This document shows positions 1 through 10,365 of a stretch of 64,000 nucleotides of DNA, piece after piece. Made by a program: the position numbers and the translations under genes. Location of the stretch: assembly GCA_003228105.1 (NCBI GenBank), contig QGNN01000003.1, positions 258 through 64,257 of the forward strand, written 5' to 3'. Under the pieces are notes generated by a model that had not been told where the DNA came from, made no database searches, and was given only the letters and a program-made list of their open reading frames with translations. The stretch is from Chloroflexota bacterium. GTDB lineage: Bacteria; Chloroflexota; Dehalococcoidia; Lucifugimonadales; UBA826. Each line of letters begins with the position of its first letter. The stretch's first letter is position 1.

Positions 1-262
1 ACATGTCGGATTTTAAACCCCGCAGGGGTGTTCTTATTGTTGACACAAATAATTCTTTGTCCAACTCTTTTAGGGATGTATTTATATCGGTGAAAAAAGG
101 ATGTTCATTAGTGTTTAGCAGCAATGTCGCTGCCCCTGAGAGATTTATATCTTTTTCACCGCCGGTAGATTGATTGGTGACTCGCAGGATCGTAGAAAGA
201 ATGTCAGATTCATCCGATCCAAGTCTATTTGAATTTTTAAAAAGAGTTCTGAATAATCTCAC
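1..262 (-). CDS. hypothetical protein, N-terminal part only (runs off left edge)
   Basis: 87 consecutive sense codons on the minus strand from GTG at 262 to position 2 with no stop. It is absent from the supplied track, presumably because it has no stop inside the window. It starts a few nt after the htpX tandem stop. No family recognised. Confidence 0.35.
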   Translation of the reverse strand, partial: MRLFRTLFKNSNRLGSDESDILSTILRVTNQSTGGEKDINLSGAATLLLNTNEHPFFTDINTSLKELDKELFVSTIRTPLRGLKSDM

Positions 263-272
263 GGGTTCCCTA

Positions 273-1211
273 CTATCTGAGAAGGTGCCAATTATGCCTT
301 TGCATTTCTATTAATCGTGCCACCCTCATTTCTGTAGGTGGGTGGGAGGACATCAAGGATGCAATGGCATTTCCTTGTAATGCTGGGATTATGAAAAATG
401 CGTTGGCGTGTTCCACTCGGCGGAGATCTTTTTCTGGAATTTGTGCTATCTGCCCGCTAATTTTCTGGAGGGCAGATGCAAGATTGGTAGGACTACCAGT
501 TATGATTGCACCTTCCCTGTCAGCTGCGAGTTCTCTGTATCTTGAAAGGGTACTTATCAGTAATTGACTGATGAAGTAGATTATTATTACTCCAATATAT
601 AGAACCATCATCATAGCCATCGCTTGGCCGCCATTGCCTTGTCGTCTGTGACCTCCAACCCCCCCGAATAGACTCATCCAGAAGAGCATTTGCATTAAAA
701 ACCCAGCTATCACTACTATCAAACTTGCCCAAGTCATAACCATCATATCCCGATTCTTAATGTGGGCTAGCTCATGGCCTATCACCCCTTCTAATTCTTC
801 ATCATTCAGCTTATTCAACAGCCCTTGTGTGACAGCAACAGTGGCATGCTTTGGGCTCCTGCCGGTAGCGAATGCGTTTGGCGCTTCCGTGTCCATTATG
901 GCGATTGTACGTGGTTTTGGAATGCCGCCTATTTTTGATAGTCTCTCTATAATTTCATGTAACTTGGGTTGCTCTTCTTTAGTAACAGGTTTGGCTCCAG
1001 TTGTTTTCAGAACAAGTTTATCGGACATAAAGTATTGGAAAAGTACCATCCCAATCCCAATCACAAACACAAAAACGGGATTCATACCTGAAATTAGAAG
1101 TAATCCAAAAAGAGCTAAGTAGGCCATCACCAGCATCAATCCAATTATTAGCATTCTAACTGTTAACTGATGGTCTTTACCGATAGAATTTCGCTGCATC
1201 GTAGTTAGCAA
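273..1211 (-). CDS. htpX: M48-family zinc metalloprotease HtpX
   Basis: HEXXH motif (GHELAHIKNRD) embedded between TM segments, with typical HtpX length. Ends in tandem TAG-TAG. ATG at 1199 is an alternative start. Confidence 0.9.
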   Translation of the reverse strand: MLTTMQRNSIGKDHQLTVRMLIIGLMLVMAYLALFGLLLISGMNPVFVFVIGIGMVLFQYFMSDKLVLKTTGAKPVTKEEQPKLHEIIERLSKIGGIPKPRTIAIMDTEAPNAFATGRSPKHATVAVTQGLLNKLNDEELEGVIGHELAHIKNRDMMVMTWASLIVVIAGFLMQMLFWMSLFGGVGGHRRQGNGGQAMAMMMVLYIGVIIIYFISQLLISTLSRYRELAADREGAIITGSPTNLASALQKISGQIAQIPEKDLRRVEHANAFFIIPALQGNAIASLMSSHPPTEMRVARLIEMQRHNWHLLR

Positions 1212-1336
1212 CCTGTGGGTGATTAAATTTACTCTATAGATTATATTATAGTAGCTAATTTGGCTTGTGTTATTTTCAGAAATGAATCATTGCTGGATGG
1301 CCTATACAGCCGACCACCTCGGTAAAAAAAGCATAC

Positions 1337-2389
1337 TTGGTTAAGGAATATAAAGTGGCCTGGAAAACTATTGGTCAATCTAGTTCCATAGATCGTATTT
1401 CAAGAGCTGTCTCGTTAGATAGACTTTCACATGCGTATCTGATTTGTGGTATGGATGGGATTGGAAAAGTCACTTTTGCACGAGATATAGCAAAAGTTGC
1501 GAACTGTCTTGAAATGCCTAGCTCTTCCGGGCCTTGCGGATCATGTAACCAATGCATACGTATCGATTCCAATAATCACACGGATGTATTTATTTATGAT
1601 GTAAAAAAAGATTTGGATGGTGTGGGTCGAACTTCTACAATGGTCACTATCGACCAATTAAGAGAAGATTTTCTAAAGCAGGTTCACCGTAAACCATATG
1701 AAGGCCGCACTCGTATTTTTATTATCGCATCCATTGAAAGTATGAGATCAGAACAATCCAATATTCTTTTAAAAACGTTAGAAGAACCTCCTGATGATAT
1801 TGTAATTATATTGTTGGCGCGTGATGCATCTAATCTTCTGAGTACTATTGTGTCGCGATGTCAGGTTTTTAATTTGGAGCCGGTTGATGAATTAGAAATA
1901 CTGGAATATTTAAACGAATGTGGATTAGGAGCCGATGTCCCTATACGGGAGATCGCAAGGCTTTCTCGCGGGAGACCGGAATGGGCTTATCAAGCAGCTA
2001 TTAACCCTGAAATATTACATATGTGGGAAGATAAATTAAATCAGTTTATGGGGTGCCTAACCGATAGTTTGGAACAAAGGTTCAAACTATCGAGGGATTT
2101 GTCCACTCAGTTTTTTCGCGATCGAGATGAAGTATACGAGTTTTTGGATACCGCAATGACCTGGACTAGAGATGTATTGCTTTCTGGCAGTGGGAGAAAA
2201 GGAGAGATAGTGAATATTTCCCAAAAAGAACAGGTTCATGAGTTTTCTAGAATGTTATCAACCACAGATATTCTGAATATTTTAAGACTTATCAGAATCA
2301 CTTTCGATCATTTGAAGAAAAACGTTACTCCAAGCCTTGTTTTGGACAATTTAATGCTAAACCTTCCGGTCGCTACATCCATAAACTGA
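1337..2389 (+). CDS. holB: DNA polymerase III subunit delta prime
   Basis: Clamp-loader AAA+ features: HAYLICGMDGIGK, zinc module CGSCNQC, TLEEPP box and SRC motif (VSRCQVF). The track start is TTG; GTG at 1355 is an alternative. Confidence 0.85.
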   Translation: MVKEYKVAWKTIGQSSSIDRISRAVSLDRLSHAYLICGMDGIGKVTFARDIAKVANCLEMPSSSGPCGSCNQCIRIDSNNHTDVFIYDVKKDLDGVGRTSTMVTIDQLREDFLKQVHRKPYEGRTRIFIIASIESMRSEQSNILLKTLEEPPDDIVIILLARDASNLLSTIVSRCQVFNLEPVDELEILEYLNECGLGADVPIREIARLSRGRPEWAYQAAINPEILHMWEDKLNQFMGCLTDSLEQRFKLSRDLSTQFFRDRDEVYEFLDTAMTWTRDVLLSGSGRKGEIVNISQKEQVHEFSRMLSTTDILNILRLIRITFDHLKKNVTPSLVLDNLMLNLPVATSIN

Positions 2390-2408
2390 CAAATAGCCTA
2401 TTGATAGA

Positions 2409-2936
2409 TTAATTTCCCCAAGGTATAAATGGAGACCACTCATCCTCTAGTTTTCTATGATAGAAAATATAATACGGATTTGGTTTCGGAGCTAAAGGAA
2501 CCTTTAGCAGGGCCATTTGGGCTTCTAGCGGTGTTTTTTCAGCCTTGTTGTGGTTACAGGTCATACATGCACTCACCACATTTTCCCATGTATGTTTACC
2601 GTTTCTTGAACGGGGTTGAATATGGTCAATGGTCAGCTTCCTAGTTGAGATTCCGCAATATTGGCATGTGAAGTTATCTCTATAAAACAGTGCCTGCCTA
2701 GATAACCTTCTTTCTACCATTGGCTTTTTAACCATATAGTAGAGTCTCACCACCGACGGTATTGGAAATGCTGCGCTGGAACTCCTTATTTCACCTCGAC
2801 CGTTTATTACGGGCTCTGCCTTTCCTCTCCCCATTAATACGATTGCTCTTCTGACACTACAAATGTTTAATGGTTGATAGTTTTGGTTTAGAACTAATAC
2901 TGGTGATTCTATTGCAGGAGATGTAGCTGCAGCCAT
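2409..2936 (-). CDS. HNH endonuclease
   Basis: C-terminal HNH motif: CQYCG...IDHIQPRSRNGKHTWENVVSACMTCNHNK. Confidence 0.85.
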   Translation of the reverse strand: MAAATSPAIESPVLVLNQNYQPLNICSVRRAIVLMGRGKAEPVINGRGEIRSSSAAFPIPSVVRLYYMVKKPMVERRLSRQALFYRDNFTCQYCGISTRKLTIDHIQPRSRNGKHTWENVVSACMTCNHNKAEKTPLEAQMALLKVPLAPKPNPYYIFYHRKLEDEWSPFIPWGN

Positions 2937-2942
2937 CCTTGT

Positions 2943-3623
2943 TTAAGGTAACTTGGAATAAAGTATTTTTATCGCAGTCATATAGTCGGTAGGGATAATT
3001 CCGAAAGCATTATCTGGGGTGATTCGTAGAATTTTTACAAAAACAGGTGCCGTTCTGGAACTTAGTAGCGCCGTTTCTATTGAGATTCTGGTATTTTCAA
3101 TCTTGGCGTCAATACCATCTGTGGCGATGAATTCCTCACTTGAAATGACAGACGAACCGGGTATTTTGACAATTTCATGGAAATCATATACCAGCCTTGT
3201 AAGACCTGCAATAGTTACAGAAGAAATAATCACACCTACTATCAATCCAAGAATTATGCCAGCTATTCTATTCAATCCAAGAGTCGCAACGTCTATAACT
3301 GTGAGGAAAGGCCTGATAAATTTTAAGGCTATATTGATGATGATGAGTGTGAGAATGAGTACAATTACAAAAGCTACAACAGTTGTAAATGTATCTACAC
3401 TGAGATTAATTCCACTTAGTTTACTGAGAGCCTTTGCTGAAGAAGAATCTAGCCCGAGAGCCCCTCCGATAAGTTCTCCAACAGCCTGGGACACCTCACC
3501 CGAAATTCTCCAGCCCACTAGTATCCCGACTCCATAAATGCCAGCCACGAATATTCCAGTTTTGAGCCCCCAATACATGGATACAATAAGGATGCCTAGT
3601 ATCACAAAATCTAGCCAATTCAT
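2943..3623 (-). CDS. CvpA-family integral membrane protein
   Basis: Multi-TM protein with N-terminus MNWLDFVILGILIV..GLKTG, typical of the colicin V production (CvpA) family. Family call is from memory. Confidence 0.7.
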   Translation of the reverse strand: MNWLDFVILGILIVSMYWGLKTGIFVAGIYGVGILVGWRISGEVSQAVGELIGGALGLDSSSAKALSKLSGINLSVDTFTTVVAFVIVLILTLIIINIALKFIRPFLTVIDVATLGLNRIAGIILGLIVGVIISSVTIAGLTRLVYDFHEIVKIPGSSVISSEEFIATDGIDAKIENTRISIETALLSSRTAPVFVKILRITPDNAFGIIPTDYMTAIKILYSKLP

Positions 3624-3700
3624 ATTCTTACCTGCTCAACATTAGACTTTCCAAGGAAGCAGGTTCAGTTTAGCATATGGTCTGTTAAATATTGGATTAG

Positions 3701-4639
3701 CTAATTTCGTGGAGGCTCAACAGGTACGGGGTTTATGAGACCACTTCCTAGGGAGATCGGTATCAGTTGATCCAACTCATCCAAAGTCCATTTCCCATCT
3801 TTATGGATACTTTTTATTACGTGCCGTGGAGAGTAAAGCGATAAAGCCCAACCACTGGTACCAAAAACTTGTCCTGTAATACCATCTGCGGCTTCAGAAC
3901 AGAGATAGACAACCTTAGGTGCATTGTTGCCGGGATCTCTATATTCTGCAGGCGGTTCTGATGGGTTTGCAGTTACTAACCCGACGGCTTCTCTCTGGTC
4001 CTGTCTCAGTTGTGTTGTAGATTGGGGCACAGTATCTGTCATCCTAGTAGACCCTCCAGGGTAGACTGCATTCACCATTATGTTATAGGGCTCAAGTTCC
4101 TTTGACACAGCCCTTGTGAATCCAACCATACCTTCCTTGGCCGCAGCGTAATTACCTTGGCCCGAGGCACCTAATCCGGATCCGGAGGAGAATAACACGA
4201 TTCTGCCATATCTGTTGTTGATCATGTGAGGAACCGCATTTCTCACCATATTAAAGGCACCGTACAGATGTACTTGCAATACTAAGTCCCATTCTTCCTC
4301 AGTCATATTAAATATCATTCTGTCCCTTAAGATGCCTGCTGGATGACAAAGTATGTCCACTGCCCCAAAGGTATCTACCGCTTTTTGAACAATTTTTGCG
4401 GCACTATCGAAATCTGCTACTGAGTCATATGAGGCAACAGCTTCTCCACCTGCAGCCTTTATTTCATCAACTACTAAATCTGCGGGAGTGGAAGAATCGC
4501 CTGTACCATCAAGTGATCCTCCAAGATCGTTAACTACGACTTTGGCACCATCTCTTGCTAACCAAAGTGCGACTTCTCTTCCTATACCACGACCGGCCCC
4601 CGTTACTATTGCTACTTTTCCTTCAACCCTCTTAGTCAC
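3701..4639 (-). CDS. SDR oxidoreductase resembling the dehydrogenase domain of multifunctional enzyme type 2
   Basis: TGAGRGIG Rossmann motif, SSGSG serine region and YAAAK. The block VNDLGG..DG.G......ADLVVDEIKAAGGEAVA..DSV resembles HSD17B4-type 3R-hydroxyacyl-CoA dehydrogenases. Confidence 0.8.
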   Translation of the reverse strand: MTKRVEGKVAIVTGAGRGIGREVALWLARDGAKVVVNDLGGSLDGTGDSSTPADLVVDEIKAAGGEAVASYDSVADFDSAAKIVQKAVDTFGAVDILCHPAGILRDRMIFNMTEEEWDLVLQVHLYGAFNMVRNAVPHMINNRYGRIVLFSSGSGLGASGQGNYAAAKEGMVGFTRAVSKELEPYNIMVNAVYPGGSTRMTDTVPQSTTQLRQDQREAVGLVTANPSEPPAEYRDPGNNAPKVVYLCSEAADGITGQVFGTSGWALSLYSPRHVIKSIHKDGKWTLDELDQLIPISLGSGLINPVPVEPPRN

Positions 4640-4702
4640 CTTTTCACCTCTTCGTTTGCTTTATTTTCATTTGTATTAAAATTTGTTTGGAAGAAATGGG
4701 TA

Positions 4703-5626
4703 TCAGAATCCATATCCCATCATTTTGGGAAATAAAACATCCATCTCTTCCATTGTGAAATTACCCCATTTGTTCACTACATTTTCAATGTCGGGGTTGG
4801 AATAAACGTACAGACTTCCTCCACGTACGCCTAGCACATATCCATTGATATTGGGAGCTGCATTTGTGCATAGGTAAACAGCTAATGGAGCGATATTTGC
4901 AGGCTCATCTGGAGATCCCACTCCTGACCATACCGGTATTTCGGGTGATGGCCCAATTCCGGCCCTTTCATCCCGAGAAGGTGCAGATACGTCTGGTAGT
5001 CTGTGTTGATCTACGGCACCAGGGAATAATCTGGTTTCAGCCATAGGGGATATTGCGTTGGCAGTAACACCGTATTTCCCCAAATCTTTCGCAGTAGTTC
5101 TGGTTAATCCAATAATTCCTTCAGTAGCTGCGGCATAATTTGACCGTCCTACATCACCTAACCCGGCATCAGCCACCATATTTACGATCCTTCCAGATTT
5201 CTGTTGCCGAAACAAGATTCCCGCAAATTTGGTGGTCGTGAATACACTTTTAGAATTATTGCGGACTACCTGGTCAAAATCTGATTCAGTCATCTGATAA
5301 ATCATGCGATCTTTTAATGACCCAGCAGAATTTATAAGAATGTCAATTTGACCATAGTTATCGACGCAAGATTGGATTAAATTCTCACCACCTTCCATTG
5401 TCGATACGTCTGAATAATTGGCTATAGCATTGCCGCCAGAAGAATTAATTTCGTCAACAACAGCATCGGCTGGTATGTTGGATGCCCCGGTTCCGTCGAC
5501 TTCGGTACCTTTGTCGTTAACGACTATTGAAGCCCCTTCCTCTGCAAGCAGCTTGGTAATACCTCTACCAATCCCTCTTCCTCCACCGGTAACCACCGCT
5601 ATTTTTCCTTTTAATCTGTTTCCCAT
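4703..5626 (-). CDS. SDR-fold paralogue with degenerate catalytic tetrad
   Basis: TGGGRGIG Rossmann motif and the same MFE-2-like block. The Ser position reads VADAG and YxxxK reads YAAAT. Confidence 0.75.
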   Translation of the reverse strand: MGNRLKGKIAVVTGGGRGIGRGITKLLAEEGASIVVNDKGTEVDGTGASNIPADAVVDEINSSGGNAIANYSDVSTMEGGENLIQSCVDNYGQIDILINSAGSLKDRMIYQMTESDFDQVVRNNSKSVFTTTKFAGILFRQQKSGRIVNMVADAGLGDVGRSNYAAATEGIIGLTRTTAKDLGKYGVTANAISPMAETRLFPGAVDQHRLPDVSAPSRDERAGIGPSPEIPVWSGVGSPDEPANIAPLAVYLCTNAAPNINGYVLGVRGGSLYVYSNPDIENVVNKWGNFTMEEMDVLFPKMMGYGF

Positions 5627-5772
5627 TTCGCAACCGTCCTCTTTTAAAAATTTTAGAAAACTGTCGAATCATTTTGTGTTTTTGATTCTAACGCTGTGTC
5701 CAGTCGGGTCAATTATAAAAGGATAGCTACCCAAAAATAAACACGGGGTTTGGATTTTATCTTCGGTGACGC

Positions 5773-6801
5773 TTAACTCTTGGGGAATTTTTTGAGTGAC
5801 AGAAAATAAATCCCCGTTACGATGAATTGAAATGGCGATATAAGAGCACCAACGAAAACGTCGAGGATAAGTAAAGTAAGATCTGACTTCAGGTTGGATG
5901 AAAGCAAGGTTAATAGAATGATTGGTAGCATCGTCAGGATAAGAATGGAGAGAAATACGCCAAAAGTTGACCACCATCTTTTTTCCACTAGTTCCCAGCT
6001 TGTCTGAATGGATCTTGTAATACCTGTGTTATCTAGCACCATTGATGACCATGCGAACAACCAGCGTACCAACAAGAATATAAGGATTGGGATACCTATC
6101 CATATAAGACTTAATGCAACAGGAATTATCAATAGTCCGATCAGAAATAATGAAAGTATTATTAGTCTTCCTAGTCGAGACATAGAATAGTTGAGGCAAA
6201 CGATTGGAGAAACTTTTTGGGAGTTAGTGAATTGGGCAGCACCAACAATGATTGCAGTTGCGGATATTAGTTTTGCAATAGGGCTAATTAAGATAAAAAT
6301 TAATATCGTAAATATTTTCCATGTGGGGATGGTTTTTAATTCCGAAAAAAAATTTCCTGAAAGCTGAGTCTCACCATACTGCTGCAAATCTTGTAATGAA
6401 ATCGTTTCTGCCTCAAGGAGAGCACGGACGATTATACCGATCAGGAGGGCTGGGACGCCATTTACTAACGCCAATATTAGGAAACTTTTAAAATTCTGTT
6501 TGTAAGCGGAAACTGAGACTGTAATTAAGTCGACCAGTTGTCCCGGTTTTGGCAATAACTGGTCTTCGGAATTTACAGGTTGGTGTGGTTCATATTGGAT
6601 GCTTTCAGTATCACTTAGATTTTGAGATTCGTATCTTGCCTCGAGATCACTGGAAACAACTTGCCCACAATTTGTACAGAAAGCCTGATTTTTGTTTATT
6701 TCTCCACAGCGGTCGCATTTGATTCCTATATCAACTCCGCAACCACCACAAAACAGGCTACCTTCGGTATTTTCGAAATCGCAACTTTTGCAGGGTTCCA
6801 T
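5773..6801 (-). CDS. zinc-ribbon domain membrane protein
   Basis: N-terminal double zinc ribbon (CKSCDF..CGGCG..CDRCG..CTNCG) followed by multiple TM helices. ATG at 6801 lies 4 nt after the M16 stop; the track start at 6831 would overlap the M16 gene. Confidence 0.6.
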   Translation of the reverse strand: MEPCKSCDFENTEGSLFCGGCGVDIGIKCDRCGEINKNQAFCTNCGQVVSSDLEARYESQNLSDTESIQYEPHQPVNSEDQLLPKPGQLVDLITVSVSAYKQNFKSFLILALVNGVPALLIGIIVRALLEAETISLQDLQQYGETQLSGNFFSELKTIPTWKIFTILIFILISPIAKLISATAIIVGAAQFTNSQKVSPIVCLNYSMSRLGRLIILSLFLIGLLIIPVALSLIWIGIPILIFLLVRWLFAWSSMVLDNTGITRSIQTSWELVEKRWWSTFGVFLSILILTMLPIILLTLLSSNLKSDLTLLILDVFVGALISPFQFIVTGIYFLSLKKFPKS

Positions 6802-6805
6802 CTCT

Positions 6806-9457
6806 TTATATGATGTTGCCGTACATATCAATGACGAAGAGTGGGTATCCTAATTCTTCTAATTGTTTTTGAATTTTATCTCTGTCACCAACAACAATCA
6901 TTTTTATTTCGGTTGGTAATATGTGCTTCATAGCTGATTCTCTAACATCATCGAGTGTCAAATTCGAAATTTTTTCTATATTGGTCTCAAAATAATCCAA
7001 AGGCAGATCAAATGCGGCCATGTTTAGTAATTGATTTGTAATTTGTTGATTGGACTCGAATTGAGAAGGCACGCTTTTTAGTAAACCTTCTTTTGCCTTT
7101 CTAAATTCCTCAAGGCCAATCGGGTTTAATTCGACAATTTCAGTTAATTCTTTCAATGTTTCAAAGACTGATTCTTTCGTAACGTCTGTTTGTACACTTC
7201 CTCTAGCAACTAAAATAGAAAGAGGGTTCATCCATTCAATGGATGAATGGAACCCGTAACTGTATCCTTTGTCTTGTCTTAAATTCATGTTTAGGCGACT
7301 GGAATAATCACCACCAAGTATGTAATTTACAAAGGCAAGGGAATGGTAATCTTGATGTTCTCTTGGTATTGATATATGGCCTGCTCGTAATATTGATTGA
7401 GCTGAACCAGGCCGATCTACCAGATATACAATTGGGCCTTTGCCAGCGGGAGACTCTGAGTTAAACTGATTTTCTTTGGGCTTTTGGTGATTTGCTAAGG
7501 TGCCAAATTTTTCGGTTATTAATTCGGCCGCAAGATCTGGTGAAATATTGCCCACCACAATGAATGTCTTTTTAGAGGTGAGTAGAGTTTTTTCATAGTG
7601 TTTTTGAAGATCATTTGTTTTCATTGCGGCAACACTAATTTCATTCCCACTAATAGTATGGCCGTAGGGTGTGGCAGGTCCTAATAAAATAGATCTCATA
7701 GCAACAGATGCAGTAGCATCCGCACTATCCTGGATGGAACGGAGATCAGATAATTTCTCTTTTCGTATTCGTTCCATTTCAGCTTCCGGAAAATTCGGGT
7801 TTAATATCATGTCTGACAAGATGTTAAGTTCTTGGTTTGTGTTGTCGGATATTCCAGAAACAGCTATAAAGGTGTGCTCTCTTGATACATCTTTGGTCAC
7901 TTGAGAGCCAAGGAATTCCATTTCATCAGCGATTTGAGAACTGCTTCTCCTATGTGTTCCTTCAGATAACATATCCGTTGTAAACTGAGAGAGTCCAGGC
8001 TTTTCCTTTAGGTCTTCCACGGACCCGGTGTTAAAAAATAGCCCAACCGTGGTCAGCGGTAATTGGGAGCGCTGAATGACTAGCAGCCTTGTCCCATTTT
8101 CCAGAAATATGTCCTTTGGTTGAGGAGCTGAAAATGTAGTGGGTACCGTGGCTTTTGGGATATTAGTTCTATCAACTTGTCTTGGAGAAGGGTTTGTGTC
8201 TTTAAGTGGGTTAACAGTAAGGCCTACAAAATTGTTGTTGAGCAATTTTGCCGCTGTTGAAACATCACGAGCCGATACCTTTATGTACCTTTCTACGTCG
8301 GTTTCTATAAGGCCAGGATCCCCAGCCAACACATTGAAATGATTTAATTGATCGGCTTTACCCCCAAATCCACCTATTTTTTCTAGTTGCCTAATATGGT
8401 ACGAACTTATTCTGTTATGGGCCCTTTCCATTTCTTCGTCGGATGGTGGTGTATGTGATATCTCATCTAATGATTCTCGGATTTCTTTATAGATTTCTTC
8501 TGTGGTTTGTCCGGGATTTGCTGTGGCGATTATATGGAACTCACCTGATATCTCTTGTCCGTGATGGTAAGCCTGGATGTCCCTAGCAAGTTGTTTTTCA
8601 TAGACAAGGTTTCGTTCCAGCCTTGAACTTCTTCCATCGGCCATAACGACAGATAATACGTCTAAAGCCGCTTGTTCCTGAGTAAATTCAGGGGTCGTTG
8701 GCCATGCTAGATAAAGTCTAGGAAGATGCACAGAGTCTTCTAAAGTGACCCAAGTTTGCCCTTTTAGGGCAGAATCCATTTTGAGAAATCTGTTGATTGT
8801 AGGTCCCGGTATTAAATTTCCGAAATATTTGTCGACAAGCTCAAAAGTTGAATCCGGGTCTATGTCTCCAACCACGGAAATACTTGCATTGGAAGGATGA
8901 TAGAAATTGCGGAAAAATTCCTTTACATCTTCTATCCCTGCTCTATCCAAGTCTTCCTGAGATCCGATAGTGGGCCAGTTATAAGGATGTGGAGGTGGGA
9001 AAAGAAGTTCTTGAAGTTTCAAATAAGCCATTCCATATGGCCGATTTTCATAACTTTGCCTTCTTTCGTTTTTCACCACTTCTCTTTGCAAATCGAATCT
9101 GTCCTGGTCCAGGGCCTCTAGTAAGAATCCCATTCGATCCGATTCTAGCCATAATGCCAACTCCAAGTAGTTTGAAGGCAAATTCTCCCAATAATTTGTC
9201 CTATCGTTTGTTGTAGACCCGTTTACCATAGCCCCTATCTCCTGGAGAGGGCCAAAATAATCCTTATCATGATTTTGGGATCCTTCAAACATCACGTGTT
9301 CAAATAAATGCGCAAACCCTGTTTTACCAGGTACCTCGTTCTTTGATCCTACGTGATACCAAACATTCACGGCTACGCTTGGGACTGTTTTATCAACATG
9401 GGTGATGATCTCTAGACCATTTTGGAGAGTATGCTTTTCGAAAGGTATCGATATCAT
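6806..9457 (-). CDS. M16-family (insulinase/pitrilysin-like) zinc peptidase, fused double-length form
   Basis: Inverted zincin HxxEH (HLFEHVMFEG) near the N-terminus. The 883-aa length corresponds to two M16 halves in one chain. Confidence 0.9.
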   Translation of the reverse strand: MISIPFEKHTLQNGLEIITHVDKTVPSVAVNVWYHVGSKNEVPGKTGFAHLFEHVMFEGSQNHDKDYFGPLQEIGAMVNGSTTNDRTNYWENLPSNYLELALWLESDRMGFLLEALDQDRFDLQREVVKNERRQSYENRPYGMAYLKLQELLFPPPHPYNWPTIGSQEDLDRAGIEDVKEFFRNFYHPSNASISVVGDIDPDSTFELVDKYFGNLIPGPTINRFLKMDSALKGQTWVTLEDSVHLPRLYLAWPTTPEFTQEQAALDVLSVVMADGRSSRLERNLVYEKQLARDIQAYHHGQEISGEFHIIATANPGQTTEEIYKEIRESLDEISHTPPSDEEMERAHNRISSYHIRQLEKIGGFGGKADQLNHFNVLAGDPGLIETDVERYIKVSARDVSTAAKLLNNNFVGLTVNPLKDTNPSPRQVDRTNIPKATVPTTFSAPQPKDIFLENGTRLLVIQRSQLPLTTVGLFFNTGSVEDLKEKPGLSQFTTDMLSEGTHRRSSSQIADEMEFLGSQVTKDVSREHTFIAVSGISDNTNQELNILSDMILNPNFPEAEMERIRKEKLSDLRSIQDSADATASVAMRSILLGPATPYGHTISGNEISVAAMKTNDLQKHYEKTLLTSKKTFIVVGNISPDLAAELITEKFGTLANHQKPKENQFNSESPAGKGPIVYLVDRPGSAQSILRAGHISIPREHQDYHSLAFVNYILGGDYSSRLNMNLRQDKGYSYGFHSSIEWMNPLSILVARGSVQTDVTKESVFETLKELTEIVELNPIGLEEFRKAKEGLLKSVPSQFESNQQITNQLLNMAAFDLPLDYFETNIEKISNLTLDDVRESAMKHILPTEIKMIVVGDRDKIQKQLEELGYPLFVIDMYGNII

Positions 9458-9460
9458 ATT

Positions 9461-9895
9461 CTACGGCTTGTTAGGGAGTGATATTACTCCTGTTCCTATG
9501 ACGAGTTTCACTTCATCAGAATTTTCCATAACTACATCACATCCTAATTTTGTACTGCCCCCAGTCTCATCTTTATCTGTCACTATTCCACTGAATGTCA
9601 GGCCTTTGTTGTGAGGAACTGTCTGTCGGAAAACCACGTCTATTTTGAGGAGACAAACTGTGTCTGACCAGTCAGTTAAAACTTGTGCCATCAGCGCTAT
9701 ATTCATTGGGCCTGGCACGATGGCTTCCGGCAGTCCCTCGCTGTTGGCTACTTCTTTCGAGGTAAATCTTGAAGGGGTGATTTTCTTTTCTCTAACAGAA
9801 ATGAATTCGATCACGTCTTCGTCAGTGACGGATCTTTTTATGGGACCAATATCGTCTCCGATTTCAACATCTTCAAAATACAGATTCTTTTTCAT
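9461..9895 (-). CDS. MaoC-like (R)-specific hydratase/dehydratase, hot-dog fold
   Basis: 144 aa with a MaoC-dehydratase-like core (..SRFTSKEVANSEGLPEAIVPGPMNIALMAQVL..). Overlaps the upstream partner by 4 nt. Confidence 0.7.
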   Translation of the reverse strand: MKKNLYFEDVEIGDDIGPIKRSVTDEDVIEFISVREKKITPSRFTSKEVANSEGLPEAIVPGPMNIALMAQVLTDWSDTVCLLKIDVVFRQTVPHNKGLTFSGIVTDKDETGGSTKLGCDVVMENSDEVKLVIGTGVISLPNKP

Positions 9896-10344
9896 CTATT
9901 TTTATTCCTTCTAACAAAAGATTCCGTTACTAAAGCAACGGTGGTATCATCCTGGTTCCTAAATTTTGTCTCCCAAACAGCAAAAACCATTTTCCCAGAT
10001 CTACCTGTTTTGGCATAAACATTGTCCAATTTGGTACTAGCTGAAAGGACATCACCAGGTCGAATTTCTGCTTTACATTCGATAGACTGACCAGCGAAAA
10101 AGCTTATTTCCCCAAATTCAAGTTTTATATCAGGTCTGGACACTCCCGAAACAAAAACATTGCAGATCGTTGGCGGGGCTACTATATCCCCGTCGCCATT
10201 ATTATTCCCCACGTACCTTGGATTCGTTTCTCCTGTCGATTTCGCAAAACTTAATATCATTTCTCTGGTAAGCTCGAAAGTACCAATATGTGTTTCCACT
10301 CCAAGCAAACTTCTGTCGTATACGATTCCTTCATCTGTTGTCAT
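9892..10344 (-). CDS. MaoC N-terminal-like (HadA-like) hot-dog domain protein
   Basis: 150-aa protein resembling the N-terminal half of FAS1/MaoC dehydratases (..FAKSTGETNPRY..). ATGA overlap with the downstream MaoC gene. Confidence 0.6.
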   Translation of the reverse strand: MTTDEGIVYDRSLLGVETHIGTFELTREMILSFAKSTGETNPRYVGNNNGDGDIVAPPTICNVFVSGVSRPDIKLEFGEISFFAGQSIECKAEIRPGDVLSASTKLDNVYAKTGRSGKMVFAVWETKFRNQDDTTVALVTESFVRRNKNR

Positions 10345-10365
10345 TAGTTACTCCAAAATCTGCGA

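Noticed and set aside
3019-3537. Long antisense ORFs opposite real genes, for example 3019..3537, 11066..11452, 15023..15367, 40594..41043, 42119..42574, 44157..44669 and 61060..61620
   Set aside because: Each lies entirely within a strongly supported gene on the other strand. They have low-complexity Ser/Pro/Thr/Ile-rich translations with no recognisable motifs, and they are typical shadow ORFs.
5669-5977. 102-aa ORF overlapping the 3' end of the zinc-ribbon membrane protein gene
   Set aside because: It is an alternative frame of the same strand within a supported gene, extending into the intergenic spacer. Its composition is consistent with a chance ORF.
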